Virus record (IMG/VR): IMGVR_UViG_3300037042_002125 | Coordinates: 1-64,000 of that record | Reading direction: 5' to 3' (one strand) | DNA length: 64,000 nt | Shown here: positions 10,213 through 20,368 of the stretch, in pieces | Position numbering within the stretch: position 1 is the stretch's first letter | Layout of the letters: every line of letters begins with the position of its first letter | Made by a program: the position numbers and the translations under genes | The notes under the pieces: generated by a model | Databases searched by the model: none | The model's input: only the letters and a program-made list of their open reading frames with translations | Told to the model about the DNA's origin: nothing

Positions 10213-11056
10213 AATTTTAATAATGGGCCTACCAGGGTCTGGCAAAACAACACTCGCAATAGCACTTAAGAAGTATTTAGAAGATAATGGTACCGCAAAC
10301 AACATGTCATTATCTAATGCGATGACTACTGACATGCTTATCGGTGATTATAAGGTCACCGTTGACTGGTTCAACGCTGATGAAATTCGTAAACGCTTCA
10401 ACGACTGGGACTTCAGCCAAGACGGCCGTATCAGACAATCGCTACGCATGGCAGAGTTCGCCCTGAAATCATCAGGTGATTTTGTTATCGCTGACTTTGT
10501 TGCACCGCTAGTGGAGATGCGAAATAACTTTAAGGCAGACTGGACTATCTGGATGGATACTATCGATCAAGGTCGTTTCGATGATACAAACAAAGCATTC
10601 GTACCACCCACTATATATGACTTCCGTGTCACTGAACAGAACGCAGACAAGTGGGCCGAGTTTATTGGTACACATATTCTTGAAAATCGGCGCCGCCCAG
10701 TGTTTAATTGGCAAAAAGAAACTGTTATGCTACTAGGAAGATATCAGCCTTGGCATCAAGGGCATAGGGCATTATTTGATATTGCTATTGCTAAAACAGG
10801 GCAGGTAATTGTACAGATACGAGATTGTCAGGGTTGGAACGGTAGCAATCCTTTTACTCTTAAACAAGTGGCAGACTATATTAGACGAGATCTCGACCCC
10901 TTATATCAGGGCCAGTATGAAATACAAATTGTGCCCAACATTGTTGAAATTAATTATGGACGCGACGTGGGCTATAAAATAAACAAAATAGATCTTCCAG
11001 ATGAGATACAACAAATATCTGCTACTAAAATTCGTAAGGATATGGGTATAGAATAA
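10202..11056 (+). CDS. cysC: adenylyl-sulfate kinase-like P-loop domain fused to HxGH nucleotidyltransferase domain
   Basis: GLPGSGKT, NADEIR, DFVAP, F..P; C-terminal GRYQPWHQGH and ISATKIR. Confidence 0.8.
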   Translation: MAGKILIMGLPGSGKTTLAIALKKYLEDNGTANNMSLSNAMTTDMLIGDYKVTVDWFNADEIRKRFNDWDFSQDGRIRQSLRMAEFALKSSGDFVIADFVAPLVEMRNNFKADWTIWMDTIDQGRFDDTNKAFVPPTIYDFRVTEQNADKWAEFIGTHILENRRRPVFNWQKETVMLLGRYQPWHQGHRALFDIAIAKTGQVIVQIRDCQGWNGSNPFTLKQVADYIRRDLDPLYQGQYEIQIVPNIVEINYGRDVGYKINKIDLPDEIQQISATKIRKDMGIE

Positions 11057-11104
11057 AATTGTTGGGACGATGGCACAATGATAAATACATTAAGGGAGAA
11101 ATGT

Positions 11105-11245
11105 ATGGACTCATTTGTATATCAATGGACTAATTTAACATTAGATAAAATTTATATAGGATTTCATAAAGGGACAGAAGGTGATGGATACATTTGTTCA
11201 TCGGCATCTTCTATCTTCTGGGAAGATTTTCGTAATCCCAGTAGC
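11105..11245 (+). pseudogene. truncated GIY-YIG (Seg-like) endonuclease N-terminus
   Basis: FVYQWTN...KIYIGFHKG...DGYICSS then runs into the microsatellite (PSS x7). Confidence 0.7.
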
Positions 11246-11299
11246 CCCAGTAGCCCCAGTAGCCCCAGTAGCCCCAGTAGCCCCAGTAGCCCCAGTAGC
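11237..11299. repeat. 7 x CCCAGTAGC tandem repeat at the compositional junction
   Basis: Direct count; minus strand encodes (GAT)n collagen triplets. Confidence 0.97.
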
Positions 11300-11353
11300 C
11301 CCATCAATCCCTGCTGGCGCAGCATTGATGATTGTGTTTAGGTTTTTGGACAT
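11237..11353 (-). pseudogene. truncated 5' end of a collagen-like gene ([23 protein letters not shown]...)
   Basis: ATG at 11353 just after the previous stop; frame stops about 12 codons past the repeat, in AT-rich DNA. Confidence 0.7.
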
Positions 11354-11356
11354 GGT

Positions 11357-11731
11357 TTATTCCGGGTTTGCGGGTAATTCCACCCAAGATACTGTTGATT
11401 CATCCCATTGATATTGTTTGCCGTCCTCTGGGTAGGAGGCTGGAGGCTCCCACAAACACGATTCTTCGTTAAGCAGCCATGAGTCAAACGGTTTTGGAGC
11501 TATGAACGCATCACGGACGGCATCGTAGGTATATCCGACACCAGCGTAGTTCTTTCGGAAGTTTCCGTTGTAGCTTGTCTGTTTCCAGTTGGAATATCCA
11601 CCCGACCAATTTGTCAGGAACTCAATTCCCTTGGCCTCAGACTCAACTCCGTTGTCGAGTAATTCGTTGTTGTTCAAACAATTAACATCAACGACGATAT
11701 TGTTCGCGTCGAGTTTTGCAAAATGTGCCAT
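11357..11731 (-). CDS. tail-fibre-associated small protein
   Basis: MAHFAKLD..WKQTSYN.NFRKNYAG.GYTYD..RDAFI.PKPF.SW type usually found after Gly-rich fibre genes. Confidence 0.7.
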   Translation of the reverse strand: MAHFAKLDANNIVVDVNCLNNNELLDNGVESEAKGIEFLTNWSGGYSNWKQTSYNGNFRKNYAGVGYTYDAVRDAFIAPKPFDSWLLNEESCLWEPPASYPEDGKQYQWDESTVSWVELPANPE

Positions 11732-11739
11732 GTTGATTC

Positions 11740-14562
11740 CTAGAAAGTAATGGAGCCGTTGCCGGTCCATGTATAGATGCGATAACCACCTGATACGGTT
11801 ACCGTGGGGGAGCCTGTGGTTGCAGATGCGGCTGCATAACTGTCTGCATAACGGATGACTACTACGCCAGAACCCCCGGTTCCCCCTGTTCCTCCATTAT
11901 TAGCGCCGCCCCCACCACCACCGGTATTTGTTGTGCCGGAATATCCGTTGGCGCTTGACGAGACTGCCCCACCATTACCGCCACCACCTAACCCCCCAGT
12001 TCCCGGAGTTCCTGATGCGTAGCAGGTTCCGGCGCCGCCACCTGCATAATAAGTTGCAGTTCCAGATATAGAGGATTGTAATCCAACTCCGCCATTTCCG
12101 CCTTGTCCTGTTGATGCATTACCTCCAACAGCACCGGCGCCGCCGCCGCCACCTGATGGATATGGATTTGTACTTGCACTAGTTCCCCCGGTATTTCCTT
12201 GCCCCGATGTTCCAGCGCCGCCTGCATTAACGCCCCATGATGATCCGCCACCACCAGAACCGCCAGGTTGACCAACTCCCCCATTGCCAGTACCACCCCG
12301 GCCACCACCAATTGCAGTAATATCTGCCCAATTATTTGCACCGTCTGTAGTATCAGTCAAAATAGTTGCTGTTTGCGTGTCATTTGTACTATCTTTGTTA
12401 TAGTATAAAAATACTTTGTAACTAGTTCCCCCAGTTAATGAGACAGTTTCTGAATATATTACAGTATCACTAGTATCAGTGATAGAGAATACAATTGATG
12501 CTCCTGTTTTAGTTGCCCTAAGTCTAAATGGTGTGCTAGCGGCTAAACCTGCATAGGCGTAATTAATTAATTTTCTGGCTAATGCCGTGCCATACGCTGC
12601 ATATTGTGCATATTCTACCGCCTGTGTAAATGTATTGGCATTAGTGTTATTAAGACCAATACCTAGATATCCAGCATTAGTGGGGCGTGTTCCTGAAATT
12701 TGAACTTTGAAATCAAAGTTGGCACTAGCAGAAGTAAATATATCCGACACTACATAATTATTTGGAGATGGAGCATTAACTAACGTTAACGGAGGATGAG
12801 CTATTCCTAATGAAGAATTACTTCCATTGTTTGCCACGGTTGTAGACGAATTACCAGCACCTCCGGCTCCTATAGTAATTCTATAACCAATACCAGCAGT
12901 AACAGCAGTAGTAGTAAAATATCCACCCGCACCACCACCCCCTGATGGTTCTGCATAACCACCAGAACTGCCCCCACCTCCCGCCACGATAAGGCATTCA
13001 ACAGCAGGAGGACGCTCAACAGCTGCAACCGTCCAAGTAAATGTCCGGGTGGCAGTCTTGTTGGTAGTCGCAGTAGCAGCCGTGATGACGCTTGCTCCGC
13101 TGCTGATTGTCGTGGGTGCCCCGGTGATCTGATCGCCGCTGATGCTCACCCCCGCAGGAAGGGTGTCGGCTGAGTACGAAATCGTCCCTCCCGTTGCCGA
13201 AGCTGCAACCAGCGTGATCGCGCTCATGGCCGTGCTTTGCCCCAGTAAATAGGCGGTGCCATCAGCAGGGCTTGTCCAAGTCACCACATCGGGATTGACG
13301 GTGATTGAGAAACTGCGGTTTGTGGTCTGGTTCTGTGCGTCAACGGCCTTGATGACAAAGCTGTAGGTTGTCGAGCTTGCAGTTACAGCGTTGGTCCCGC
13401 TTATCAGGCCGGTGGAACTGTTCAGTGTGATGTTGGTTGGTAGAGAACCCGAAACGACCGAATAGGTTACTGGCGCATCACCTGTGGCAGCAAGCGTTGT
13501 GGATACCGCACCAGTCTCATAGGACGCTCCAAGGGTTCCAGCTGCCGTTGTCCAAGCGGGTATACCGCTGTACGAGATACCCGGAACTGCGATGGCCGTT
13601 GCACCGTCTGTATTGACAAGGTAGACCGGGTACGTTCCAGCGGCCACGGCTGGTGCAGTGAAGGTGATCGAGGTTGAGCTGACTACCGCCACCACGGATA
13701 CTGTGGTGAAAGGCGAGGTTCCAATCAGAAGTGAAGCCCCTGCTGCAAAGCCAGTGCCGACCAAGGTGACAGTCTCTCCACCAGCCACGTCTACGGCTGT
13801 CTCCGAACTGGGGTAGGTGATTCCCGTGATTTTGGGTACGTCTGCTCCTGCACCCGTAGCTCCAGTCGGGCCAGTAGGACCACCTGGAGTACCAGCGGCT
13901 CCAGTAGCACCAGTCAAACCCACCGTAGGCGTCTCGGCCACCTTCCAGTTGGATGTAGCGCCGATATAAACCAGCGGCACAAAGGCACCGTTGATGTTGA
14001 TGTTCAATCCAGTGCTTTCCCCCTCCACCGAACTTGCTCCAACCACCAGCACGTTATGAACCGCGCATTGGTTGGCAACGTCAAGGATTGAGATAAGAGC
14101 GCCGTCCACGCCTATAGGAAGGGTGATCGTGAATCCCCCAGCGGTTGAGTCCACCCGCACCAGATCGTTTGCCGCAGCCGTGTAGTTGGCCGTCTTGACT
14201 GCGGTTGGTGTGAGGCCGGAGCCACTTCCACCACTGCCAGCAGGGCCAGTTAAGCCGGTTGCACCTGTGGGACCTGTTACCGTAGAAGCAGCACCACCGG
14301 GTCCTGTCCAACCTGTGGGTCCTGTGACTGTGCTGGCTGCCCCGTTAGGACCTGTCCAGCCTGTGGGACCTGTTACCGTAGAAGCAGCACCACCGGGTCC
14401 TGTCCAACCTGTGGGTCCTGTGACTGTGCTGGCTGCTCCAGTGGGGCCTGTGACTGTGGAGGCTGCCCCGTTAGGACCTGTCCATCCAGTGGGACCTGTA
14501 ACCGACGGCCTGCCGTAGGTCGAAATTGCCCCAAGTCGTAAACCCGTTAAGGTTATTGCCAT
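11740..14562 (-). CDS. tail fibre/spike-like protein: collagen repeats, IPT/TIG and Ig-like domains, Gly-rich C-terminal domain
   Basis: GPT/GWT triplets, [27 protein letters not shown]...[10 protein letters not shown]. Confidence 0.8.
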   Translation of the reverse strand: MAITLTGLRLGAISTYGRPSVTGPTGWTGPNGAASTVTGPTGAASTVTGPTGWTGPGGAASTVTGPTGWTGPNGAASTVTGPTGWTGPGGAASTVTGPTGATGLTGPAGSGGSGSGLTPTAVKTANYTAAANDLVRVDSTAGGFTITLPIGVDGALISILDVANQCAVHNVLVVGASSVEGESTGLNININGAFVPLVYIGATSNWKVAETPTVGLTGATGAAGTPGGPTGPTGATGAGADVPKITGITYPSSETAVDVAGGETVTLVGTGFAAGASLLIGTSPFTTVSVVAVVSSTSITFTAPAVAAGTYPVYLVNTDGATAIAVPGISYSGIPAWTTAAGTLGASYETGAVSTTLAATGDAPVTYSVVSGSLPTNITLNSSTGLISGTNAVTASSTTYSFVIKAVDAQNQTTNRSFSITVNPDVVTWTSPADGTAYLLGQSTAMSAITLVAASATGGTISYSADTLPAGVSISGDQITGAPTTISSGASVITAATATTNKTATRTFTWTVAAVERPPAVECLIVAGGGGSSGGYAEPSGGGGAGGYFTTTAVTAGIGYRITIGAGGAGNSSTTVANNGSNSSLGIAHPPLTLVNAPSPNNYVVSDIFTSASANFDFKVQISGTRPTNAGYLGIGLNNTNANTFTQAVEYAQYAAYGTALARKLINYAYAGLAASTPFRLRATKTGASIVFSITDTSDTVIYSETVSLTGGTSYKVFLYYNKDSTNDTQTATILTDTTDGANNWADITAIGGGRGGTGNGGVGQPGGSGGGGSSWGVNAGGAGTSGQGNTGGTSASTNPYPSGGGGGAGAVGGNASTGQGGNGGVGLQSSISGTATYYAGGGAGTCYASGTPGTGGLGGGGNGGAVSSSANGYSGTTNTGGGGGGANNGGTGGTGGSGVVVIRYADSYAAASATTGSPTVTVSGGYRIYTWTGNGSITF

Positions 14563-14613
14563 GTTAGTTCCTTGAGCGTTAAAGTTAGAGTTACTGTTAT
14601 ACTACGGTACTAA

Positions 14614-17600
14614 TTACGGTATGAAGCGTTCTTCTAGATCGTGCAATCTTGCTTCCTGATCTTTTGCTATCTCGATCAAGAATGCCAGCAGAGGCAAGTA
14701 CGACACGGACTTCATGCCGTTTGCGTCATCCTTAACAAGCTCTGGCAATATCTTTTCAAGCTCTTGGGCGATCAAACCGTATGACTTATCCCCTGACTCT
14801 TTCCACGTAAAGGACACACCCATAAGACGTTTGATTGTCTCAATAGGATTCTGGAGCAACCGAATGTTTTCCTTATACCTTATGTCTGACGTCGTGTTCA
14901 GTATAGTTGAGTTGAGCGTGCCTGTTGATGGGTCAAACGTCAACTTGGTGCTAGACACATACGTATCTGCTTGAGTACCTGATGTTGCGCGCGTCATCCC
15001 AACGTACTGCGTAACCACAGTCGTTGTGTCGTTCGTGATCGTTACTGAGGTGCCTGCAGGACCCGTAACCGACGGCCCTGTCCAACCAGTGGGGCCTGTG
15101 ACTGTGCTGGCCGCTCCCTCAGGACCTGTCCAACCTGTGGGTCCTGTAACCGACGGCCCTGTCCAACCAGTGGGGCCTGTGACTGTGCTGGCCGCTCCCT
15201 CAGGACCTGTCCAACCTGTCGGTCCAGTAGGCCCTGTGACGGTCGATGCTGCCCCGTTGGGACCTGTCCAACCTGTGGGTCCAGTAACCGTAGAAGCAGC
15301 ACCACCGGGTCCTGTCCAACCTGTGGGTCCTGTGACGGTCGAGGCAGCACCGTTAGGTCCTGTCCAACCTGTGGGACCTGTTACCGACGGCCCTGTCCAA
15401 CCTGTAGGTCCAGTTACCGTAGAAGCCGCCCCTGTAGCGCCAGTAGGACCTGTGGGTCCTGTTACCGTAGACGCAGCCCCGTTAGGTCCAGTCCAACCTG
15501 TGGGTCCTGTGACTGTGCTGGCCGCTCCCCCGGGACCTGTCCAACCTGTGGGTCCAGTGACGGTCGAGGCTGCGCCTGTGGGTCCTGTTACCGACGGCCC
15601 AGTCCAGCCTGTAGGACCTGTAGGACCTGTGACGGATGGACCTGTCCAACCTGTAGGTCCTGTTACCGTAGAAGCAGCACCGTTAGGTCCTGTCCAACCT
15701 GTGGGACCTGTTACAGTAGACGCTGCGCCTGTGGGTCCTGTGACTGTCGATGCAGCGCCTGTAGCACCAGTGGGACCTGTGACTGTTGAGGCTGCACCAC
15801 CAGGCCCTGTCCATCCAGTGGGTCCAGTAACCGAAGGCCCTGTCCATCCAGTGGGGCCAGTTACGGATGGGCCAGTTACGGATGGGCCAGTAGGTCCTGT
15901 AATAGATACTATAGGTGTCTCAGCTACCTTCCAGTTTGTGCCGGTGCTGTTGTATACCAATACAACGTAAGCACCGCTGACGTTTGCAGACAGGCCAACT
16001 GCATCACCTTCAATGGTTTTGCCACCAGCAACCGCAATAAGCACTGGGTTCAAGCTACATTGGTTCGCAACGTCAAACAGACCAGCTCTATCACCATCTG
16101 AAGGAGAGGCTGGCAGTGTGATAGTAAACTCACCACCTGTACTATCTACTCGCACAACCTCATTCAATCCTACTGAATAAGCAGATGTCTTGATTGGAGT
16201 ATAGTTTACTTCGTAAGGACCTGTAGGGCCAGTAACTGAGGGACCTGTTGGTCCAGCAACGGTACTATCAGCTCCTGTTGGGCCAGTCAACGATGCTCCT
16301 GTTGGGCCAGTCAACGATGCTCCTGTTGGACCTGTGACAGAGGGGCCAGTCCAGCCAGTGGGACCTGTTACCGACGGACCTGTCCAACCTGTAGGTCCTG
16401 TGACTGTCGAGGCTGCCCCTGTAGCGCCAGTAGGACCAGCAACTAAGGCCACATTGTTGACGTAGAGACCAGAATTGTCTACCCTAATCCGCTCGCAGGT
16501 TCCAGCACCAAGCAACAGGGTACAGACGCAGCCAGCAGCACCGACCAAGGAGCCGATCACAGTGTTGTTAACACCTGTAGTAATCGCGTTACCCGCGTTA
16601 GCACCAATCGCTATGTTGTTACCTGTGGCGTTTGATGCGTACAAGGCGCAGCAACCGATACCGATATTATTATTACCTGTGGTGTTGCATGTTAGAGATT
16701 GAGATCCTTGAGCAATGTTGTTACAGCCTGTAGTATTACAGTAGAGCGCCGAGTATCCTTGGGCACTGTTGTTACAGCCTGTGGTGTTGGCGCATAACGC
16801 TGTGTTACCTTGAGCAATGTTGTTACAGCCTGTGGTGTTTTTCTTAAGCGCCATGTAGCCTACGGCCACGTTATTTGACCCAGCAGTGTTAGCTACTATG
16901 GCATTGTATCCAATAGCCGTGTTGTAGCATCCCGTGGTGTTACCGTATAGTGACCCATAGCCTAAGGCCACGTTACTCATGCCGTAAGTGTTAAACTTTA
17001 GAGCTTGTGATCCTATCGCCACATTAAAATGACCGGTAGTATTGCTACACAGAGTAAGACAGCCTGCCGCGAAATTGCGGCTACCTGTGGTATTCCCGTA
17101 CAGAGAACAGAAGCCGAAGGCGAAGTTACTGTAGCCAGTAGTTGTCTTGGCAAGAGCGCCTCGCCCAATTGCTACGTTATTCGAGCCATTGGTAATAGCA
17201 GCCAACGCACTAGCACCAACCCCAAAGTTATTGTAGGTGGCTGTGAGACTAGGATTACCAGTGAGTGCAACATTGTTGATGTAAAGGCCACTGTTATCAA
17301 CCCTTATACGTTCGCAGGTTCCAGCACCGAGGAGCAAGGTGCCTACACAACCTGCGGCTGCTGGTAGAGAACCAATAACAGTGTTATTGTTTCCAGTGGT
17401 TATGGCGCCACCCGCCCAGTAGCCTATGCCTATGTTACACGATCCAATCGTGTTCAGTCCGAGCGCGCAGTAGCCTTGGGCGATGTTATTGCAGCCTATT
17501 GTATTTTTGGCGAGACCGTAGGCTCCTATCGCAACGTTGTAGCTACCTGTGGTATTGCAACATAAGGCTATGAATCCGATGCTAGTATTGTATCCACCGA

Positions 17601-20283
17601 GCGTGTTGGCACGTAGTCCGAGGCAGCCTATAGCAATATTGTAGTCACCATGGGTGTTACCGTAGAGAGCCTTATTTCCTATTGCTATGTTATTACAACC
17701 AGTGGTGTTGGAGTATAACGCCATGTATCCTTGGGCGATATTGTCACTACCGTAGGTATTCTTGCAAAGGGCTGCGTACCCTATTGCAGTGTTGCTCATG
17801 CCTGTGGTGTTGGCGTAGAGTGCATTAAAACCTGACGCGAAATTATTACAACCAGTAGTGTTGCCGTAGAGTGTCTTGCAGCCGTGAGCAAAGTTGTTGC
17901 AACCAGTGGTATTCCCGTACAGAGCACAGAGGCCGAAGGCTGAGTTGTTACTGCCAGTAGTACTCTTGGCAAGAGCGCCTCGCCCAATTGCTACGTTATC
18001 ATGACCAATGGTAATAGCAGCCAACGCGCTTGTACCAATAGCCAGGTTGTTGTAGGTAGCACTTAGACTAGGATTACCAGTGAGTGCAACATTGTTGACG
18101 TAGAGACCACTGTTATCAACCCTAATCCGCTCGCAGGTTCCGGCACCTAGGAGGAGCGTACAGACGCAGCCTGCGGCTGCGGGTAGGTTTCCAATAACTG
18201 TGTTGTTAGCGCCTGTGGTTATACTCTTACCTGCAAACGCACCAATTCCGATGTTGCTACCAGCAGAATTTGCACCATAAAGAGAGCAAATTCCTATTGC
18301 AATGCTGCAACTGCCGGTGGTATTGTATCTGAGCCCATAGAATCCTATGGCAACGTTATTAGCGCCGGTGGTGTTCTTGTAGAGTGCCTTGTACCCTTGG
18401 GCAACGTTACTAGAGCCGTATATGTTACATGCAAGAGCTTGATATCCTTGAGCAAAGTTATCCCTACCTGCGGTGTTGCAATATAGGGACATGCATCCTT
18501 GGGCGAAGTTATTGCTACCAGTAGTTGTCTTGGCAAGGGCACAGACACCAATCGCAAGATTGTTAACACCTGTAGTTACTGAAGCCAACGCACCTGTACC
18601 AATAGCCAGGTTGTTGTAGGTAGCACTAAGACTAGGTGTTGCCCCCGTAGGGCCAGTGACAGAAGACCCACCTGGACCTGTCCAACCTGTGGGTCCTGTG
18701 ACTGTGCTGGCCGCTCCACCTGGACCTGTCCAACCAGTGGGACCTGTTACAGTAGACGCTGCACCAGTTGGGCCAGTGACAGTAGACGCAGCCCCTGTAG
18801 CACCAGTAGGGCCTGTTACTGTAGAATCAGCACCACCAGGTCCCGTCCAACCTGTGGGACCTGTGGCGGTGCTGGCTGCTCCAGTTGGACCTGTTACAGT
18901 AGACGCAGCCCCTGTAGCACCAGTAGGACCTGTGACGGTGCTGGCTGCTCCACCTGGACCTGTCCAACCTGTGGGACCTGTTACAGTAGACGCTGCACCA
19001 GTTGGGCCAGTTAACGACGCGCCTGTTGGGCCAGTCATGCTCGTCCACCCTTGGACAGTTGCAAGTTCAGCGTTGGTCAAGTGGTTGTATTCGTTGGCTA
19101 TCCCACCTTGCAGACCAGCAAGCAGATTGTGAGTTCCTATAGATACAGCCGTATTTGTAATGAGAGATGCGTTGATACGGACGGGCGTCCTCATCAGTGA
19201 GCATAAGCCTAGGCCAGCAGCATTTACCAGCCAAGTGAATTGATAGATGGCGACGAGTTCTTCTACAGGCGCACCGACCATTGAAAAGGAACCAAACGTT
19301 TCTGCGTAAGCTGTGGCGGTTGTAGTGAACAACGCACGACCTGGCACCCACATGAAGCACTCTTGGCCTTGAACGTTAGTACAGCACAGGTAGTAGTTGA
19401 CGTAACGATTCGAAGCAGCCGTAACTGCGGTCATTGTGCCTGCGTTGTCGTACTGGATACCACCAGCACCTGTGTACTTGAAGGGCACCAGACTACGCTG
19501 CCATTCCCAAGTGGACGCACCTGTGCGGTACATGATGGAGTAGAACAGATTCGATGTTGCGTTACCAGCAGTGACTGCAGGTAATGTTTCGTAAATGTCT
19601 TGATCGAAGATGTACGCGGTGCTAATTGCACACGTCTTATTAGCGTTGACGGCACTTGCTACTGTAGGGCCGGTAAGCACCGCACCACTAGAGTACTGAG
19701 TACCTTCTGTCAAGTGCTCGATCATCAAGTCACGCCGGGTTATCAAAACGGCATGGCGCTCCTCTGCCATAATGTACGTTGGTGTCAACCCAGAATTACG
19801 CGAGATTGTCACAATAGGTATTATGCTTGGGAGAGATAGGTCCCAAACAGTTGTGCTATATGACAACGTGCCGTCTGTTGCGTCGATGTAGATATAGTAC
19901 ATCGTTGTCGTCGCAGTTGCATTAGGCAAAGCGAGGGTCTTGCTGCCTGTTACGGTGTACTTTACGCCTGCACGATAGTAAGACCAAGGATTTGACCCAC
20001 CAGCGGTTGGTGCAATCGTGAAAGTACCGATGAATGGGGTTGTGCCCACAGCATCGGCAAAAGAAATCGTGGTTTCAGTTTGGTTCAGAAAACCGCACAT
20101 CTGAGTGTCTACGCGAGCTGCATCAGCATTTGCGCCTTGAGCTGCTGACGCGTAATCTACACCGGCTGTAGCCGCACTAAGGGCGCCAGCAGTTAACTTT
20201 GCCAAGCCACTTAGGGCTGTGTCGAGGGTTGTGTTGCCGAGGACGACTAGGCCATTTTTGGCCTTAAAAGGGACGTTTGCCAT
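14614..20283 (-). CDS. long tail fibre with collagen repeats, Cys-rich NTTG/NxAIG repeats and C-terminal intramolecular chaperone (peptidase S74)
   Basis: [28 protein letters not shown]; start placed at [11 protein letters not shown]. Confidence 0.88.
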   Translation of the reverse strand: MANVPFKAKNGLVVLGNTTLDTALSGLAKLTAGALSAATAGVDYASAAQGANADAARVDTQMCGFLNQTETTISFADAVGTTPFIGTFTIAPTAGGSNPWSYYRAGVKYTVTGSKTLALPNATATTTMYYIYIDATDGTLSYSTTVWDLSLPSIIPIVTISRNSGLTPTYIMAEERHAVLITRRDLMIEHLTEGTQYSSGAVLTGPTVASAVNANKTCAISTAYIFDQDIYETLPAVTAGNATSNLFYSIMYRTGASTWEWQRSLVPFKYTGAGGIQYDNAGTMTAVTAASNRYVNYYLCCTNVQGQECFMWVPGRALFTTTATAYAETFGSFSMVGAPVEELVAIYQFTWLVNAAGLGLCSLMRTPVRINASLITNTAVSIGTHNLLAGLQGGIANEYNHLTNAELATVQGWTSMTGPTGASLTGPTGAASTVTGPTGWTGPGGAASTVTGPTGATGAASTVTGPTGAASTATGPTGWTGPGGADSTVTGPTGATGAASTVTGPTGAASTVTGPTGWTGPGGAASTVTGPTGWTGPGGSSVTGPTGATPSLSATYNNLAIGTGALASVTTGVNNLAIGVCALAKTTTGSNNFAQGCMSLYCNTAGRDNFAQGYQALACNIYGSSNVAQGYKALYKNTTGANNVAIGFYGLRYNTTGSCSIAIGICSLYGANSAGSNIGIGAFAGKSITTGANNTVIGNLPAAAGCVCTLLLGAGTCERIRVDNSGLYVNNVALTGNPSLSATYNNLAIGTSALAAITIGHDNVAIGRGALAKSTTGSNNSAFGLCALYGNTTGCNNFAHGCKTLYGNTTGCNNFASGFNALYANTTGMSNTAIGYAALCKNTYGSDNIAQGYMALYSNTTGCNNIAIGNKALYGNTHGDYNIAIGCLGLRANTLGGYNTSIGFIALCCNTTGSYNVAIGAYGLAKNTIGCNNIAQGYCALGLNTIGSCNIGIGYWAGGAITTGNNNTVIGSLPAAAGCVGTLLLGAGTCERIRVDNSGLYINNVALTGNPSLTATYNNFGVGASALAAITNGSNNVAIGRGALAKTTTGYSNFAFGFCSLYGNTTGSRNFAAGCLTLCSNTTGHFNVAIGSQALKFNTYGMSNVALGYGSLYGNTTGCYNTAIGYNAIVANTAGSNNVAVGYMALKKNTTGCNNIAQGNTALCANTTGCNNSAQGYSALYCNTTGCNNIAQGSQSLTCNTTGNNNIGIGCCALYASNATGNNIAIGANAGNAITTGVNNTVIGSLVGAAGCVCTLLLGAGTCERIRVDNSGLYVNNVALVAGPTGATGAASTVTGPTGWTGPSVTGPTGWTGPSVTGPTGASLTGPTGASLTGPTGADSTVAGPTGPSVTGPTGPYEVNYTPIKTSAYSVGLNEVVRVDSTGGEFTITLPASPSDGDRAGLFDVANQCSLNPVLIAVAGGKTIEGDAVGLSANVSGAYVVLVYNSTGTNWKVAETPIVSITGPTGPSVTGPSVTGPTGWTGPSVTGPTGWTGPGGAASTVTGPTGATGAASTVTGPTGAASTVTGPTGWTGPNGAASTVTGPTGWTGPSVTGPTGPTGWTGPSVTGPTGAASTVTGPTGWTGPGGAASTVTGPTGWTGPNGAASTVTGPTGPTGATGAASTVTGPTGWTGPSVTGPTGWTGPNGAASTVTGPTGWTGPGGAASTVTGPTGWTGPNGAASTVTGPTGPTGWTGPEGAASTVTGPTGWTGPSVTGPTGWTGPEGAASTVTGPTGWTGPSVTGPAGTSVTITNDTTTVVTQYVGMTRATSGTQADTYVSSTKLTFDPSTGTLNSTILNTTSDIRYKENIRLLQNPIETIKRLMGVSFTWKESGDKSYGLIAQELEKILPELVKDDANGMKSVSYLPLLAFLIEIAKDQEARLHDLEERFIP

Positions 20284-20368
20284 TTCGCTTCCATTCCACG
20301 AAAGAGTTAAGAGAGGTCCTCTGTTACGAAGACCTCCCATAAGGACTACCTACTGATTAGATGTATAA

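Noticed and set aside
11237-11299. Repeat as a CRISPR array or a genuine PSS-repeat protein
   Set aside because: No spacers or cas genes; explained by minus-strand GAT collagen codons
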